A stretch of 64,000 nucleotides of DNA from an uncultured bacterium (lineage in GTDB: Bacteria > JAUVQV01 > DATDCY01), in assembly GCA_964513745.1 (NCBI GenBank), contig CAZEOK010000003.1:3150-67149 (forward strand), in the 5' to 3' direction. Of this stretch, positions 33,517-42,352 are shown piece by piece. Every line of letters begins with the position of its first letter. Position 1 is the first letter of the stretch. Under the pieces are notes generated by a model that was not told the DNA's origin, ran no database searches, and saw nothing but the letters and a program-made list of their open reading frames with translations. The position numbers and the translations under genes are program-made.

Positions 33517-34365
33517 TCAGCCGCTGCCCGGCCGGGCAGCGGCCTGCGTCTGCCGCAGCGCCGGGACTGCCTCGCTTATCGCGAACAGCGCGGCTGCAGC
33601 CACGACGATCGACGGCCCCGCCGGGGTGTCCCAGCGCAGAGAGCCCCAGAGCCCGGCCCCGACGGCCGCGCAGCCGAGCAGCGCGGCCGCGGCGGCCATC
33701 GCCTCCGGTGAGCCGGCGAAGCGCCGGGCGGCGGCGGCGGGGATGATCAGCAACGCGGTGATCAGGAGCATGCCGACGACCTTCATCATCAGCGCAACGA
33801 CCACGGCGAGGAGCAACACAAAGGCCGACTGAATCAGGCCGACGCGGACGCCCTCGACGCGGGCGAGCTCCTCGTGAACGGTCATGGCGAGCAACGGCTT
33901 CCAGAGGGCGGCCAGGGCGGCGAGAGCCGCGATGCCGCCGCCGTAGATCCAGAGCAGATCCCCCTGCGTTACGGCGAGGACGTCGCCGAAGAGGTACGAA
34001 ATGAGGTCGACGCGTAGCGTTTCGAGGAACGCAACGGTCACCAGGCCAAGCGAGAGGGCCCCGTGGGAGAGGATGCCGAGGATTGCGTCTTCCGGGAGCC
34101 GCCCGCGGCGCTGCACGGCGAGCAGCAGCAGGGCGACCGCCGCGCAGACGGCGAAAACGCCGAGGGCGGGGTTCACGTGCAGTGCGAACCCGAGCGCCAC
34201 GCCCAGCAATGAGGCGTGAGCCAGCGTGTCGCCGAAGTACGCCATCCGCCGCCAGATGACGAATGAGCCGAACGGTCCCGCAACCAGGGCCACGCCGACG
34301 CCGCCGGCCAGCGCTCTGCAGAGGAAATCATCCACCGTGCCGGTCTCCGATGCCGCAGGATTCAT
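33517..34365 (-). CDS. znuB: zinc ABC transporter permease
   Basis: YFGDTLAHASLLGVALG and LLITALLIIPAAAARRF motifs of ZnuB/ABC-3. An alternative GTG start at 34335 would shorten the overlap with znuC. Confidence 0.9.
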   Translation of the reverse strand: MNPAASETGTVDDFLCRALAGGVGVALVAGPFGSFVIWRRMAYFGDTLAHASLLGVALGFALHVNPALGVFAVCAAVALLLLAVQRRGRLPEDAILGILSHGALSLGLVTVAFLETLRVDLISYLFGDVLAVTQGDLLWIYGGGIAALAALAALWKPLLAMTVHEELARVEGVRVGLIQSAFVLLLAVVVALMMKVVGMLLITALLIIPAAAARRFAGSPEAMAAAAALLGCAAVGAGLWGSLRWDTPAGPSIVVAAAALFAISEAVPALRQTQAAARPGSG

Positions 34366-35137
34366 CGCGCTCGTGGCGGTGGGCGTAGAGAGCGAAGCCC
34401 GGGAGGCTCGTCGGGAACAGGCGCAGGTACGCCGGGTCGCTGGAGACGGTCAGAGGCGCCCCGGTGCAGCAAATCGTGCGATTGAGGCAGACGACGTGAT
34501 CCGTGGAGCTCATCACGAGGTGCAGGTCGTGCGAGACCATCAGGACGCCGCAACCGTGTTCGTTGCGGATACCCGTTATCAGTGCGAAAAGCTCCTCCTG
34601 TCCCGCGAGGTCCACCCCCTGGCTCGGTTCGTCCAGGACGAGCAACCCGGGCTTCCGGAGCAGCGCGCGGGCCAGGAGCACGCGCTGCATCTCCCCACCG
34701 GAGACCGACTGGATCGGGGTGTGCAGCGTCCGGGAGGCGTTGACCCGTGCAAGGACCTCTTTGACGCGATCCCCGGCGTCCGGAGCCGCCATCATGAGAA
34801 ACCGGCGGACGGTGATCGGGAGCGCCGGGGCGACCGTGAGCCGCTGCGGCATATAACCGATGCGCAGCCCGGGTTCCAGCCATACCTCACCGCGATCAGC
34901 GCGGAGCAATCCCAGCGCAACGCGCAGCAAGGTCGTTTTCCCCGCGCCGTTCGGTCCGATCAGCGTCACGATCTCCCCGGCGCCGACTTCAAGCCCGACG
35001 TTTTCGAGGACCGGCGCGGCGCCAAGGCTCATCGAGATCCCGCGCAGGGAGAGCAGCCTGCGGCCGGATCCCCTCGGGTCGGCGGGCGGGCTGGTCAACC
35101 GTGTCGTGAAGATATCGCTCCCGGACGTCTCATGCAT
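34328..35137 (-). CDS. znuC: zinc ABC transporter ATP-binding protein
   Basis: Walker A GPNGAGKTT, signature SGGEMQR, Walker B LLVLDEPSQGVD. Confidence 0.9.
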   Translation of the reverse strand: MHETSGSDIFTTRLTSPPADPRGSGRRLLSLRGISMSLGAAPVLENVGLEVGAGEIVTLIGPNGAGKTTLLRVALGLLRADRGEVWLEPGLRIGYMPQRLTVAPALPITVRRFLMMAAPDAGDRVKEVLARVNASRTLHTPIQSVSGGEMQRVLLARALLRKPGLLVLDEPSQGVDLAGQEELFALITGIRNEHGCGVLMVSHDLHLVMSSTDHVVCLNRTICCTGAPLTVSSDPAYLRLFPTSLPGFALYAHRHERDESCGIGDRHGG

Positions 35138-35183
35138 CGCGGTCGTCCCTCCACCGTGGCATGCCGCAGTGTATCATTCACCA

Positions 35184-36143
35184 ATGAGCACGGCACCAGA
35201 AGCAGCCCGCCCCACCAGGCGTCGTTCCTGGACGAGGGCCGCCGTTGTCATCTCGCTTTTTCTCGCGAGTCCCGTCGCTGCGTTGGCCGCCCCGCGGGTC
35301 GTCGCGACCGTCAAGCCGCTGCACTCGCTGGTTGCGGGTGTCATGACAGGGATCGGGGCGCCGGACCTGCTCATCCGGGGCGGCGGCTCACCGCACACCT
35401 ACAGTCTCAATCCGTCGGCGGGCCGGTTGCTGGAGCGCGCGCAGGTCATCTTCTGGATCGGCGGCTCGCTGGAGGCTTTCATGGAGAAACCCCTGGCAGC
35501 TCTCGGGGCGAACGCGCGCATCGTCACAGTGACGCAGGCGCCGGGCATCGTGCTGTTGCCCGCGCGGGCGGGCGGGCGCTGGGACGAACCTGACGGCCAT
35601 GAAGGTTCCGAGCACGGCCATGCGACGCAGGACGGCCACCTGTGGCTCGACCCGGCCAACGCGCGCGTTATCGCACGGCTGGTGGCGGACGTGCTGGGTC
35701 AGGCGGACCCGGAAAACCGGGGGCGCTACGCGGCCAATGCCGACGCGCTGGTCTCCCGCATCGACGCGCTCGATTTCAGCTTGAAGACTGCGCTCGGCCC
35801 CGTGCGGGACGTCCCATTCGTCGTCTTCCACGACGCCTATCAGTATTTCGAGAAGCGTTACGCATTGCGCGCGGTCGGTTCGATCGCGGTGAGCCCGGAG
35901 CGCGCGCCTGGCGCGCGGCGGGTGCAGGAGATCAGGGACAGGATCAGGAGCCTCGGGGTGCGCTGCGTTTTCAGCGAGCCGCAGTTCTCGTCGGCGATCA
36001 TCGGCACGCTCCTCGAGGGGACGAACACCCGCGCGGGCACGCTCGATCCGCTCGGCGCCGGATTGCCCGCCGGCCCGGATGCCTATTTTACGCTGATGCA
36101 CGCTCTTGGCTCCACGCTCGCGACCTGTCTGGGTGCGCCCTGA
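35184..36143 (+). CDS. znuA: zinc ABC transporter substrate-binding protein with His-rich loop
   Basis: Signal peptide. VATVKPLHSLV, GGGSPHTYSL, HLWLDP, VFHDAYQYF, FSEPQF. His/Asp/Glu loop DEPDGHEGSEHGHATQDGH. Confidence 0.9.
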   Translation: MSTAPEAARPTRRRSWTRAAVVISLFLASPVAALAAPRVVATVKPLHSLVAGVMTGIGAPDLLIRGGGSPHTYSLNPSAGRLLERAQVIFWIGGSLEAFMEKPLAALGANARIVTVTQAPGIVLLPARAGGRWDEPDGHEGSEHGHATQDGHLWLDPANARVIARLVADVLGQADPENRGRYAANADALVSRIDALDFSLKTALGPVRDVPFVVFHDAYQYFEKRYALRAVGSIAVSPERAPGARRVQEIRDRIRSLGVRCVFSEPQFSSAIIGTLLEGTNTRAGTLDPLGAGLPAGPDAYFTLMHALGSTLATCLGAP

Positions 36144-36213
36144 GGGGCCTCTGAAAACCGGGCCGCCGCGCCGGCAGTCACCAATGCTGCAAGGTCTCGT
36201 TTAACGTCCTACC

Positions 36214-36232
36214 GCATGACAAAAGCATGACA
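36214..36232 (+). repeat. direct repeat GCATGACA-aaa-GCATGACA (11-bp period) upstream of the radical SAM gene
   Basis: Read directly from the sequence, about 95 nt upstream of the start at 36325. Function unknown. Confidence 0.3.
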
Positions 36233-36324
36233 TCCCGGCCCCATATTCCCGCCTGGTACGGCGCGCCGCTGGCTGGTCGGCCGCGGCGCGCCGATGGGAC
36301 CACGGTCTGCAGGCGGAGGGTACG

Positions 36325-38055
36325 ATGGGGCATCGAGCGTCATCCGGGCGGTACAAGAAAATCCTGTTGAGCGGGGTGTTCGGCCCCTTCGGCGTCGACG
36401 ACGACTACGGGCGGCGCGAGAATATCATGGAGCTGTTCCACAACCAGGTCACCCGCGAGCAGGGCGTCGCGTCGTTTCGCTTTCACCACCGCTCCTTCGG
36501 GCTCTATTTCCTGGCGGAGAATGTAGATGCCGACGTGACGGTGCTGGACTTCCCGTCAAAGGAGCGTTTCGAGCGCGAGCTGCGCAATGGCTATGACATC
36601 GTGGGGATCTCCTTCATCACCCCGAACTTCGTGAAGGCCCGCGAGATGGCGCGCCTGGCGCGGCTGCACGCCCCGGGGGCCGTCGTCCTGCTCGGCGGCC
36701 ACGGGGCGGCGATCGAGGGCGTGGAGCGGCTCATCGACTGCGATCACGTGATCAAGGGCGAGGGCATCGGCTGGTTGCGGCGCTTCCTCGGGCAGGATCC
36801 CGACGCGCCGATCGTCCACCCGGTGCTGCCGAGCACGGAGCGTCAGAGCATCCTGGGCGTGCCGCTGACCGGCGTCTGCTCGAGCCTGCTCGTGCCCGGG
36901 CTCGGCTGCGTCAACGGCTGCCGCTTCTGCAGCACCACGCACTTCTTCGGCAAGACCTACACCTCGTACCTGCCCACGGGGCGCGCGATCTTCGAGAACG
37001 CGCTGCGCATCGCCGACGCGCGCGGCACCGACACCTTCTTCGTGATGGACGAGAACTTCCTGAAGGACACCCGGCGCGCCCGGGAGCTGCTTGCCGAGAT
37101 GGAGCGCGAGCGGCGCTTCTTCCGGTTCCAGATCTTCTCGTCGGCCGAGGCGATCCTGGCTTTCGGCCTGGACGACCTGGTGCGGCTCGGCGTGAACTTC
37201 ATCTGGATGGGAGTGGAGACCAAGAGCCGGGAAGCGAATTTCGCCAAGAACCAGGGTGTGGACCCACAGAGGCTCGTCCGGGAGCTGCGCGACCGCGGGA
37301 TCAACGTGCTGGTCTCGGGGATCCTGTGCATGGAGCACCACACCCGGCAGAACATTCAGGAGGACATCGACCACCTGATCGACCTGGAGGCGGACTTCAC
37401 GCAGTTCATGCTGCTGACGCCGCTGCCGACCACCGCGCTCTACCAGGAGAAGAAGGCGAGCGGCCTGCTGCGGCAGGAGCTGCCGTACGAGGAGTGGCAC
37501 GGGCAGAAGATGCTCAACTACAAGCACCCTCACTTCCCCGGCGATGCGGCGGAGCGCTGGATCACGCAGGCTTTCCGCCAGGAGCACGAGGAGAACTCGA
37601 GCTCAATCTATCGGGTCACGGACACGGCCCTGCGGGGCTACCTGTACCTGGCGGGCCTGAGCCGCCGGGACGCCTGTCTCGCGGCGCGTCTCGAGCAGGC
37701 CCGCGAGCGGGCGGCGGAATACGCGCTGATACTGCCCGTGATCGAGCGACATCCGGTCAACGGGCTGGAGTGCGAGCGCGCCGTCGATCTCTCCCGGCGG
37801 ATGAAGGGTGCTCTGGGCGCCCCCCGGCTGCGAGAACGGGCCTTGCGGCTCGCGGTCCGGCTCTTCGCGGCGCGTTGGCGGTGGCGGGTGCGCTGGTTCG
37901 GGGACGACATCCAGCCCGCGACGCTGGTTATCCGGTACCCCGCGGGCCGGGCAGCACGAGGCGTCGCCCGGCCCGCAGCGTGTCCGCTGCCGGAGGCGCG
38001 CGAGACCCTGCAACGGCAGCAAGCGGCGGCGATCGGGGTTCAGGTGACTAGCTAG
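36325..38055 (+). CDS. B12-binding domain-containing radical SAM protein (class B)
   Basis: N-terminal B12-like domain (DIVGISFITPNF ... VVLLGGHG). CxxxCxxC cluster motif CVNGCRFC at 36907-36930. Long C-terminal extension. Confidence 0.85.
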   Translation: MGHRASSGRYKKILLSGVFGPFGVDDDYGRRENIMELFHNQVTREQGVASFRFHHRSFGLYFLAENVDADVTVLDFPSKERFERELRNGYDIVGISFITPNFVKAREMARLARLHAPGAVVLLGGHGAAIEGVERLIDCDHVIKGEGIGWLRRFLGQDPDAPIVHPVLPSTERQSILGVPLTGVCSSLLVPGLGCVNGCRFCSTTHFFGKTYTSYLPTGRAIFENALRIADARGTDTFFVMDENFLKDTRRARELLAEMERERRFFRFQIFSSAEAILAFGLDDLVRLGVNFIWMGVETKSREANFAKNQGVDPQRLVRELRDRGINVLVSGILCMEHHTRQNIQEDIDHLIDLEADFTQFMLLTPLPTTALYQEKKASGLLRQELPYEEWHGQKMLNYKHPHFPGDAAERWITQAFRQEHEENSSSIYRVTDTALRGYLYLAGLSRRDACLAARLEQARERAAEYALILPVIERHPVNGLECERAVDLSRRMKGALGAPRLRERALRLAVRLFAARWRWRVRWFGDDIQPATLVIRYPAGRAARGVARPAACPLPEARETLQRQQAAAIGVQVTS

Positions 38056-38159
38056 CAGCCTGCCCGGTCGGTGGAGTTCAAGGCACAGCGGATTGACAAA
38101 CCTCCGTATTGACATCAGAGTTTGGCTCAGGACGCGATGCACCAGACCGGAGGCGACCG

Positions 38160-38765
38160 ATGGACCCGCATTACCGCGTAGCGATCTTCGGCTCCGCGCG
38201 GATCGAGGAGGGCACCCCGGAGTATCGGGATGTCTTCGAGATAGCCCGGGGCCTGGCCACGCTCAACTTCGACATCGTCACCGGCGGCGGGCCCGGCCTC
38301 ATGCAGGCCGCCAACGCCGGCTGCATGAGCGTCTCGTCGCCTGCCGACTCGATCGGGCTGAACATCAAGCTGCCGCACGAGCAGGTCGCCAATCCGTTCC
38401 TGGATATCAAGAAGGAATTCGACCGGTTCAGCAGCCGGCTCGACACGTTCATGTCCCTCTCCGACGCGATCGTCGTGGCGCCCGGCGGCATCGGAACCCT
38501 CCTGGAGCTGTTCTACTCCTGGCAGCTGGTCCAGGTGGGCCACATCTGCTGGACACCGATCATCCTCTACGGGGAGATCTGGCGCCCCCTGCTGCACTGG
38601 CTCAACGAAGAGGTGCTGCGTCGCGGTTTCATGAGCGCTGGAGATTTACAGTGCGTCTTTCACCGCGACTCCGCGACCGGGGTCGTCGACCTGATCCGTC
38701 GGATCCACGAGGACCGTTCCCGGACCGCGAACGTCTGCGTGAACTTCGACAGGTACCGCACCTGA
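38160..38765 (+). CDS. LOG family protein (TIGR00730; nucleotide phosphoribohydrolase)
   Basis: ATG at 38160 follows a [21 protein letters not shown] and PGGIGTLLE motifs. Confidence 0.85.
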   Translation: MDPHYRVAIFGSARIEEGTPEYRDVFEIARGLATLNFDIVTGGGPGLMQAANAGCMSVSSPADSIGLNIKLPHEQVANPFLDIKKEFDRFSSRLDTFMSLSDAIVVAPGGIGTLLELFYSWQLVQVGHICWTPIILYGEIWRPLLHWLNEEVLRRGFMSAGDLQCVFHRDSATGVVDLIRRIHEDRSRTANVCVNFDRYRT

Positions 38766-38776
38766 CGGGGGTGAGC

Positions 38777-38803
38777 AGGCCGCTTGCCTGGTTACGGCTT
38801 TTT
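38777..38803 (+). terminator. weak hairpin plus T5 run after the LOG gene
   Basis: AGGCCG-N12-CGGCTT followed by TTTTT. The stem is short and imperfect. It is nested within a longer AGCAGGCC/GGCCTGCT pairing (38774-38815). Confidence 0.25.
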
Positions 38804-38813
38804 CAGTGGCCTG

Positions 38814-39134
38814 CTAGATGCGCGCGATGTACTGCTTGATCTTTTCCCAGTCCTCCCGGCCCATCCGGGTGAACCTCACCCCCATGCCCATCATCGCCTG
38901 ACGCCAGGAGACAACGCCTTCACCCACGATCGGCTTGTCGGAGATCTCCGGCGGGACCGTCATGCGGAACTTGACGGTCTTGCCGAGCTCCAGCGGATTG
39001 ACCGTGTCGATGAACAGCCCGCCGATGCTGATGTCGGAGATCCTCGCGTTCAGCACGCTGCTGTCGCAAAGGTACTGTATCTCCGCCACCAGGGGAGCGC
39101 GCAGGTGCTTCCGCTTGTCCTCGCCGCGAGTCAT
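38814..39134 (-). CDS. PilZ domain-containing protein
   Basis: Start MTRGEDKRKHLRAPL at 39134. RxxxR (RKHLR) and DxSxxG (DISIGG) c-di-GMP-binding motifs. Confidence 0.75.
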   Translation of the reverse strand: MTRGEDKRKHLRAPLVAEIQYLCDSSVLNARISDISIGGLFIDTVNPLELGKTVKFRMTVPPEISDKPIVGEGVVSWRQAMMGMGVRFTRMGREDWEKIKQYIARI

Positions 39135-39210
39135 GGTCGGCCGCAAGAATACCAGTATTTTCCCACCGAAGCTTGCGCGGTCTCCAGCGCGGTAGTATAT
39201 CGGACGGGGT

Positions 39211-40164
39211 ATGCAGAGCGGCCAGTCGCACAAGATTGAGCGGATCCGGCAGAGCCTGAGCCTCGTCAAGCCGATCGTCACGCTCTCCGTCGGCGTGGTG
39301 CTGCCGGTGCTGCTGTCGACGGCGGTCGGCATCGTTGCCATTGTCGCCGGCGAGAGCTCGCTCACGCTGATCCTCGGGATCCTCGTGGTTTCCTTTACGG
39401 CCGCGGCCATCGGCGGGGCCGTGATCCTCTACGTGCTCCTGGGCAGGCGCGCACGGCTGGCGCGGTTGCAGTCGGACCTGCTGGCCAACGTCACCCACGA
39501 CCTGCGCACGCCGCTCGCCGCGATCCGGGTCTACGCGCAGACCCTGCAGTCAGGGCTGTTGCAGTCCGATCCGAGGCGCGCCGAGGATTGCCTGCGGACC
39601 ATCGTGCGCGAAACAGAGTGGCTGGATGCGATGATCGATCGGGTTCTGAGCTGGCGGACGGCGGCGAAGGACAGGGGACTCGCCGATTTGCAGTGCGGAT
39701 CGATCCGGGCCGCCGTGGACGAGGCAGCGGCGCGGTTTTTGCGGATGGTCCCCCCCGACGAGGTGCAGATGAGCTACAGCTTCGAGAGCGCGAACACAGT
39801 CCGCCACGACGCCCGGGTCCTCGAGCAGGCGATCCTCAACCTGCTGGTCAATGCCGCCAAGTACTCGGCGCCGCCTAGGAAAATCACGCTGGCAGTCCGG
39901 GATCAGGGGACGTGGGTGGTGGTCAGCGTAGAAGACAACGGAATCGGCATCCCCGCCGGGGAGGTCCGCAGGATCTTCGAGCCGTTCTACCGCGTGAACC
40001 GTCCGGCCGCAAAAATATCGGGGGCTGGCCTCGGGCTGGCGATCGTGCACCACGCGGTCAAGGCCCACGGCGGGAAGATCACCGTGGACACCAGGGAAGG
40101 CGCGGGCAGCCGTTTCTCGATCTTTCTGCCCGCGTGCGCCGCGATCGGGGAGGGCAGTGGATGA
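39211..40164 (+). CDS. sensor histidine kinase (two TM segments, no sizeable periplasmic loop)
   Basis: H-box NVTHDLRTPL, N-box NLLVNAAKY, G-boxes DNGIGIP and GAGLGLAIV. Confidence 0.85.
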   Translation: MQSGQSHKIERIRQSLSLVKPIVTLSVGVVLPVLLSTAVGIVAIVAGESSLTLILGILVVSFTAAAIGGAVILYVLLGRRARLARLQSDLLANVTHDLRTPLAAIRVYAQTLQSGLLQSDPRRAEDCLRTIVRETEWLDAMIDRVLSWRTAAKDRGLADLQCGSIRAAVDEAAARFLRMVPPDEVQMSYSFESANTVRHDARVLEQAILNLLVNAAKYSAPPRKITLAVRDQGTWVVVSVEDNGIGIPAGEVRRIFEPFYRVNRPAAKISGAGLGLAIVHHAVKAHGGKITVDTREGAGSRFSIFLPACAAIGEGSG

Positions 40165-40886
40165 AGCGCGGAGAAAACGCGTCTCCACGGTCGCCGCAAG
40201 CCGGTGGTGAGATCATCCTTGTCATCGAGGACGACCGATCGCTGCGCGAAGCCCTGGCCATGAACTTCCAGTTGCGCCGGTACCGGGTGCTGACCGCCGG
40301 GGACGGGGAGGCAGGGGTGCGACTCGCCTTCGACGAGCGGCCGGACCTGATCGTGCTGGACCTGATGCTCCCGGGCTTCGACGGCTTCGAGATCCTGGGC
40401 CAGCTGCGGGAGAAGGAGATCGACGTCCCGGTCCTCATCCTGTCGGCCCGGGGGCAGGTGTCGGACAAGGTGAACGGGTTCCGCCTCGGGGCCGACGACT
40501 ACGTCACGAAGCCTTTTCAACTGCCGGAGCTCATCGCCCGGGTGGAAGGGATGCTTCGCCGTCGGCGCCGTCAACGCGCGTCGCTGGGCGCGATCACGTT
40601 CGGTGAGATCGTCGTCGACCCCGCTGGGCGAACGGTGCGGCGCGCGGGGGGCGAGGTGCCGCTGCTCGCGAAGGAATTCGACCTGCTCTTGCTGCTGGCC
40701 GGCAATCCGGGGCATCCCTTCAGCCGCGAGACCATCCTCGACCGCGTGTGGGGGTGGGGCTTCGAAGGCACCACCCGCACGGTCGACAACTACATCCTCG
40801 CATTGCGCCAGAAGCTTGAGACGGACCCGGCGCGGCCTCGCCACATCACCACCGTTCGCCAGGTCGGCTACCGGTTCGATCCCTGA
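40161..40886 (+). CDS. OmpR/PhoB family response regulator
   Basis: ATGA overlap with the kinase gene. Receiver domain (LIVLDLMLPG, DDYVTKPF) plus winged helix (TVDNYILALRQKLE ... VGYRF). Confidence 0.9.
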   Translation: MKRGENASPRSPQAGGEIILVIEDDRSLREALAMNFQLRRYRVLTAGDGEAGVRLAFDERPDLIVLDLMLPGFDGFEILGQLREKEIDVPVLILSARGQVSDKVNGFRLGADDYVTKPFQLPELIARVEGMLRRRRRQRASLGAITFGEIVVDPAGRTVRRAGGEVPLLAKEFDLLLLLAGNPGHPFSRETILDRVWGWGFEGTTRTVDNYILALRQKLETDPARPRHITTVRQVGYRFDP

Positions 40887-40992
40887 ATCGTTGCGCCATC
40901 GCCGCCGTTTCGGGCCACTTCACTGAATAAACTGCACCGCTTCGTTATACTGACTTCATGTGACTGTAGGGTCTTCAGGAGGAGATGGTGTC

Positions 40993-41307
40993 ATGCCAGT
41001 GTACGAATACGAGCACGTCGCGAAGAAGTGCGCCCGGGGGAAGCGCTTCGAGGTCCGTCGGGGGATCGATAGCGAGCGCCTGAGCGTCTGTCCCGACTGT
41101 GGCCAGGAAGTGCGGCGGGTGTTTTCGCCGGTCTTCGTGAACACCCCCCGGACGGACAGTGACCTGAAAGGGCTGGGATTCACCAAGCTGGTGCGCCGGG
41201 ACAAGGGCGTCTACGAGAACGTCACCGCAACCGGAGGAGAAAGCCGGATCTGGGATGCGAACAGGCCGGAGACAAGTCCGCACCTGCACAAGAAAATCCG
41301 GGACTGA
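40993..41307 (+). CDS. FmdB-family zinc-ribbon-like protein with degenerate first knuckle and extended tail
   Basis: MPVYEYE N-terminus after an AGGAGGAG RBS. CPDCG second knuckle. The first CxxC is reduced to a single Cys. Confidence 0.65.
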   Translation: MPVYEYEHVAKKCARGKRFEVRRGIDSERLSVCPDCGQEVRRVFSPVFVNTPRTDSDLKGLGFTKLVRRDKGVYENVTATGGESRIWDANRPETSPHLHKKIRD

Positions 41308-41326
41308 CGGCGGCTGTCCGTCTGTC

Positions 41327-41345
41327 CCCGTGCTGACTGCGGGGT
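41327..41345 (+). repeat. REP-like element, truncated copy (18/19 match to the 31-nt consensus)
   Basis: cccgtgctgactgcggggt. Pairs as an inverted repeat with 41386-41411. Confidence 0.7.
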
Positions 41346-41385
41346 AAGAATGTTTTGACCGATCAGGCTCTGGCTCTTGTCGCTC

Positions 41386-41411
41386 GCGACAGGACCCCGC
41401 AACCAGCACGG
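41386..41411 (-). repeat. REP-like element copy (25/26 match, inverted orientation)
   Basis: Reverse complement is ccgtgctggttgcggggtcctgtcgc. Confidence 0.75.
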
Positions 41412-41472
41412 AAATGAAGTTTCCTGAAGGGCGAGGTCCTGCGCTCCGGGTTCTCGATTGGTGACGCGTGCC

Positions 41473-41946
41473 TTATTTCGCCTGGTGCAGTGGCATCCCG
41501 CACTTGCAGGTGCCGGGCTTGTCGGAGACCGTGTTGCAGCCGCAGGAACCGCCGCAGTTGCAGAAATAGATCCCGGTGCCCTCGAGGTTGATCCTCTTGA
41601 CCGGCTTGCCGCAGCCGCACTTCGTGTGGTCATTCGGGTCGATCTTGCAGGCGCAGGTCGGCCCACAGGTACAGACCAGCGCGGTGTTGCCCTCCGTGTA
41701 GACGACGTGACCGCCGGCCAGTTCCTTGCCGCAACCGCACTTCCCCGGCTTCAAGGAGACGGTGTTGCATTTGCACTCCGGGCCGCAGTCACACCAATAG
41801 ATGGCGGCGCTCACCTGGGCCGGGCCCATGCCTTCCATGGAACCGTGTCCCTGATGCATCCCCTGGTGCATGCCGCCACCCGGGGCGCAGGCGCCGAGGA
41901 CGAATGCGGCGGTGATCAGTGCGAGTACTGCTGCGAATCGTTTCAT
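41473..41946 (-). CDS. cysteine-rich lipoprotein with Met/His linker and three Cys6 repeat modules (family not recognised)
   Basis: Signal peptide with lipobox LGAC (Cys20). GGGMHQGMHQGHGSMEGMG linker. C-x-C-x3-C-x-C-x9-C-x-C occurs three times with identical spacing. Confidence 0.75.
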   Translation of the reverse strand: MKRFAAVLALITAAFVLGACAPGGGMHQGMHQGHGSMEGMGPAQVSAAIYWCDCGPECKCNTVSLKPGKCGCGKELAGGHVVYTEGNTALVCTCGPTCACKIDPNDHTKCGCGKPVKRINLEGTGIYFCNCGGSCGCNTVSDKPGTCKCGMPLHQAK

Positions 41947-41994
41947 ACCATCCCTCCCCTGTTGGTTGCCAGGACCGCTCGAGTCAAGTCGACG

Positions 41995-42324
41995 TCACGC
42001 CCCGAACGAGCAGACGTATTCGGCGATGCCGCTCTCGACCTCTATGTCGAAGGCGGAGTTCGCGCCCACCGGGAACGAGGTGCCAGCGGCGTACGGCTTC
42101 CACGCGCTCTCGCCCTTGAGGCGCACGCGGCAGGAGCCCGCGACGATCGCCATCACCTCGGCGGCGCCGGTCGTGAAGTGGAACGAGCCGGGGTAGATCA
42201 GGCCGATCGTCTTTTTCGATCCATCGGCGAGATACACGGTGTGGCTGACGACCTTCCCGTCGAAATAGACGTTGGCCTTGGTGACGACGGAAACCCCGTC
42301 GAACTTCTCCGGTGCACTGGGCAT
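41995..42324 (-). CDS. ppnP: pyrimidine/purine nucleoside phosphorylase (DUF1255, YaiE)
   Basis: 109 aa. KANVYFDGKVVSHTV ... GSFHFTTGAAEVMAIVAG cupin-like signature. Confidence 0.85.
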   Translation of the reverse strand: MPSAPEKFDGVSVVTKANVYFDGKVVSHTVYLADGSKKTIGLIYPGSFHFTTGAAEVMAIVAGSCRVRLKGESAWKPYAAGTSFPVGANSAFDIEVESGIAEYVCSFGA

Positions 42325-42352
42325 GGCTTTCTCTCCGTTCTCCCGAGGGTTG

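Noticed and set aside
35138-35187. Zur box in the 46-bp znuC/znuA divergent region.
   Set aside because: Only a short TCATT-cacc-AATGA inverted repeat (35174-35187) overlaps the znuA start. It is too short and too unlike known Zur/Fur consensus sequences to call without a matrix scan.
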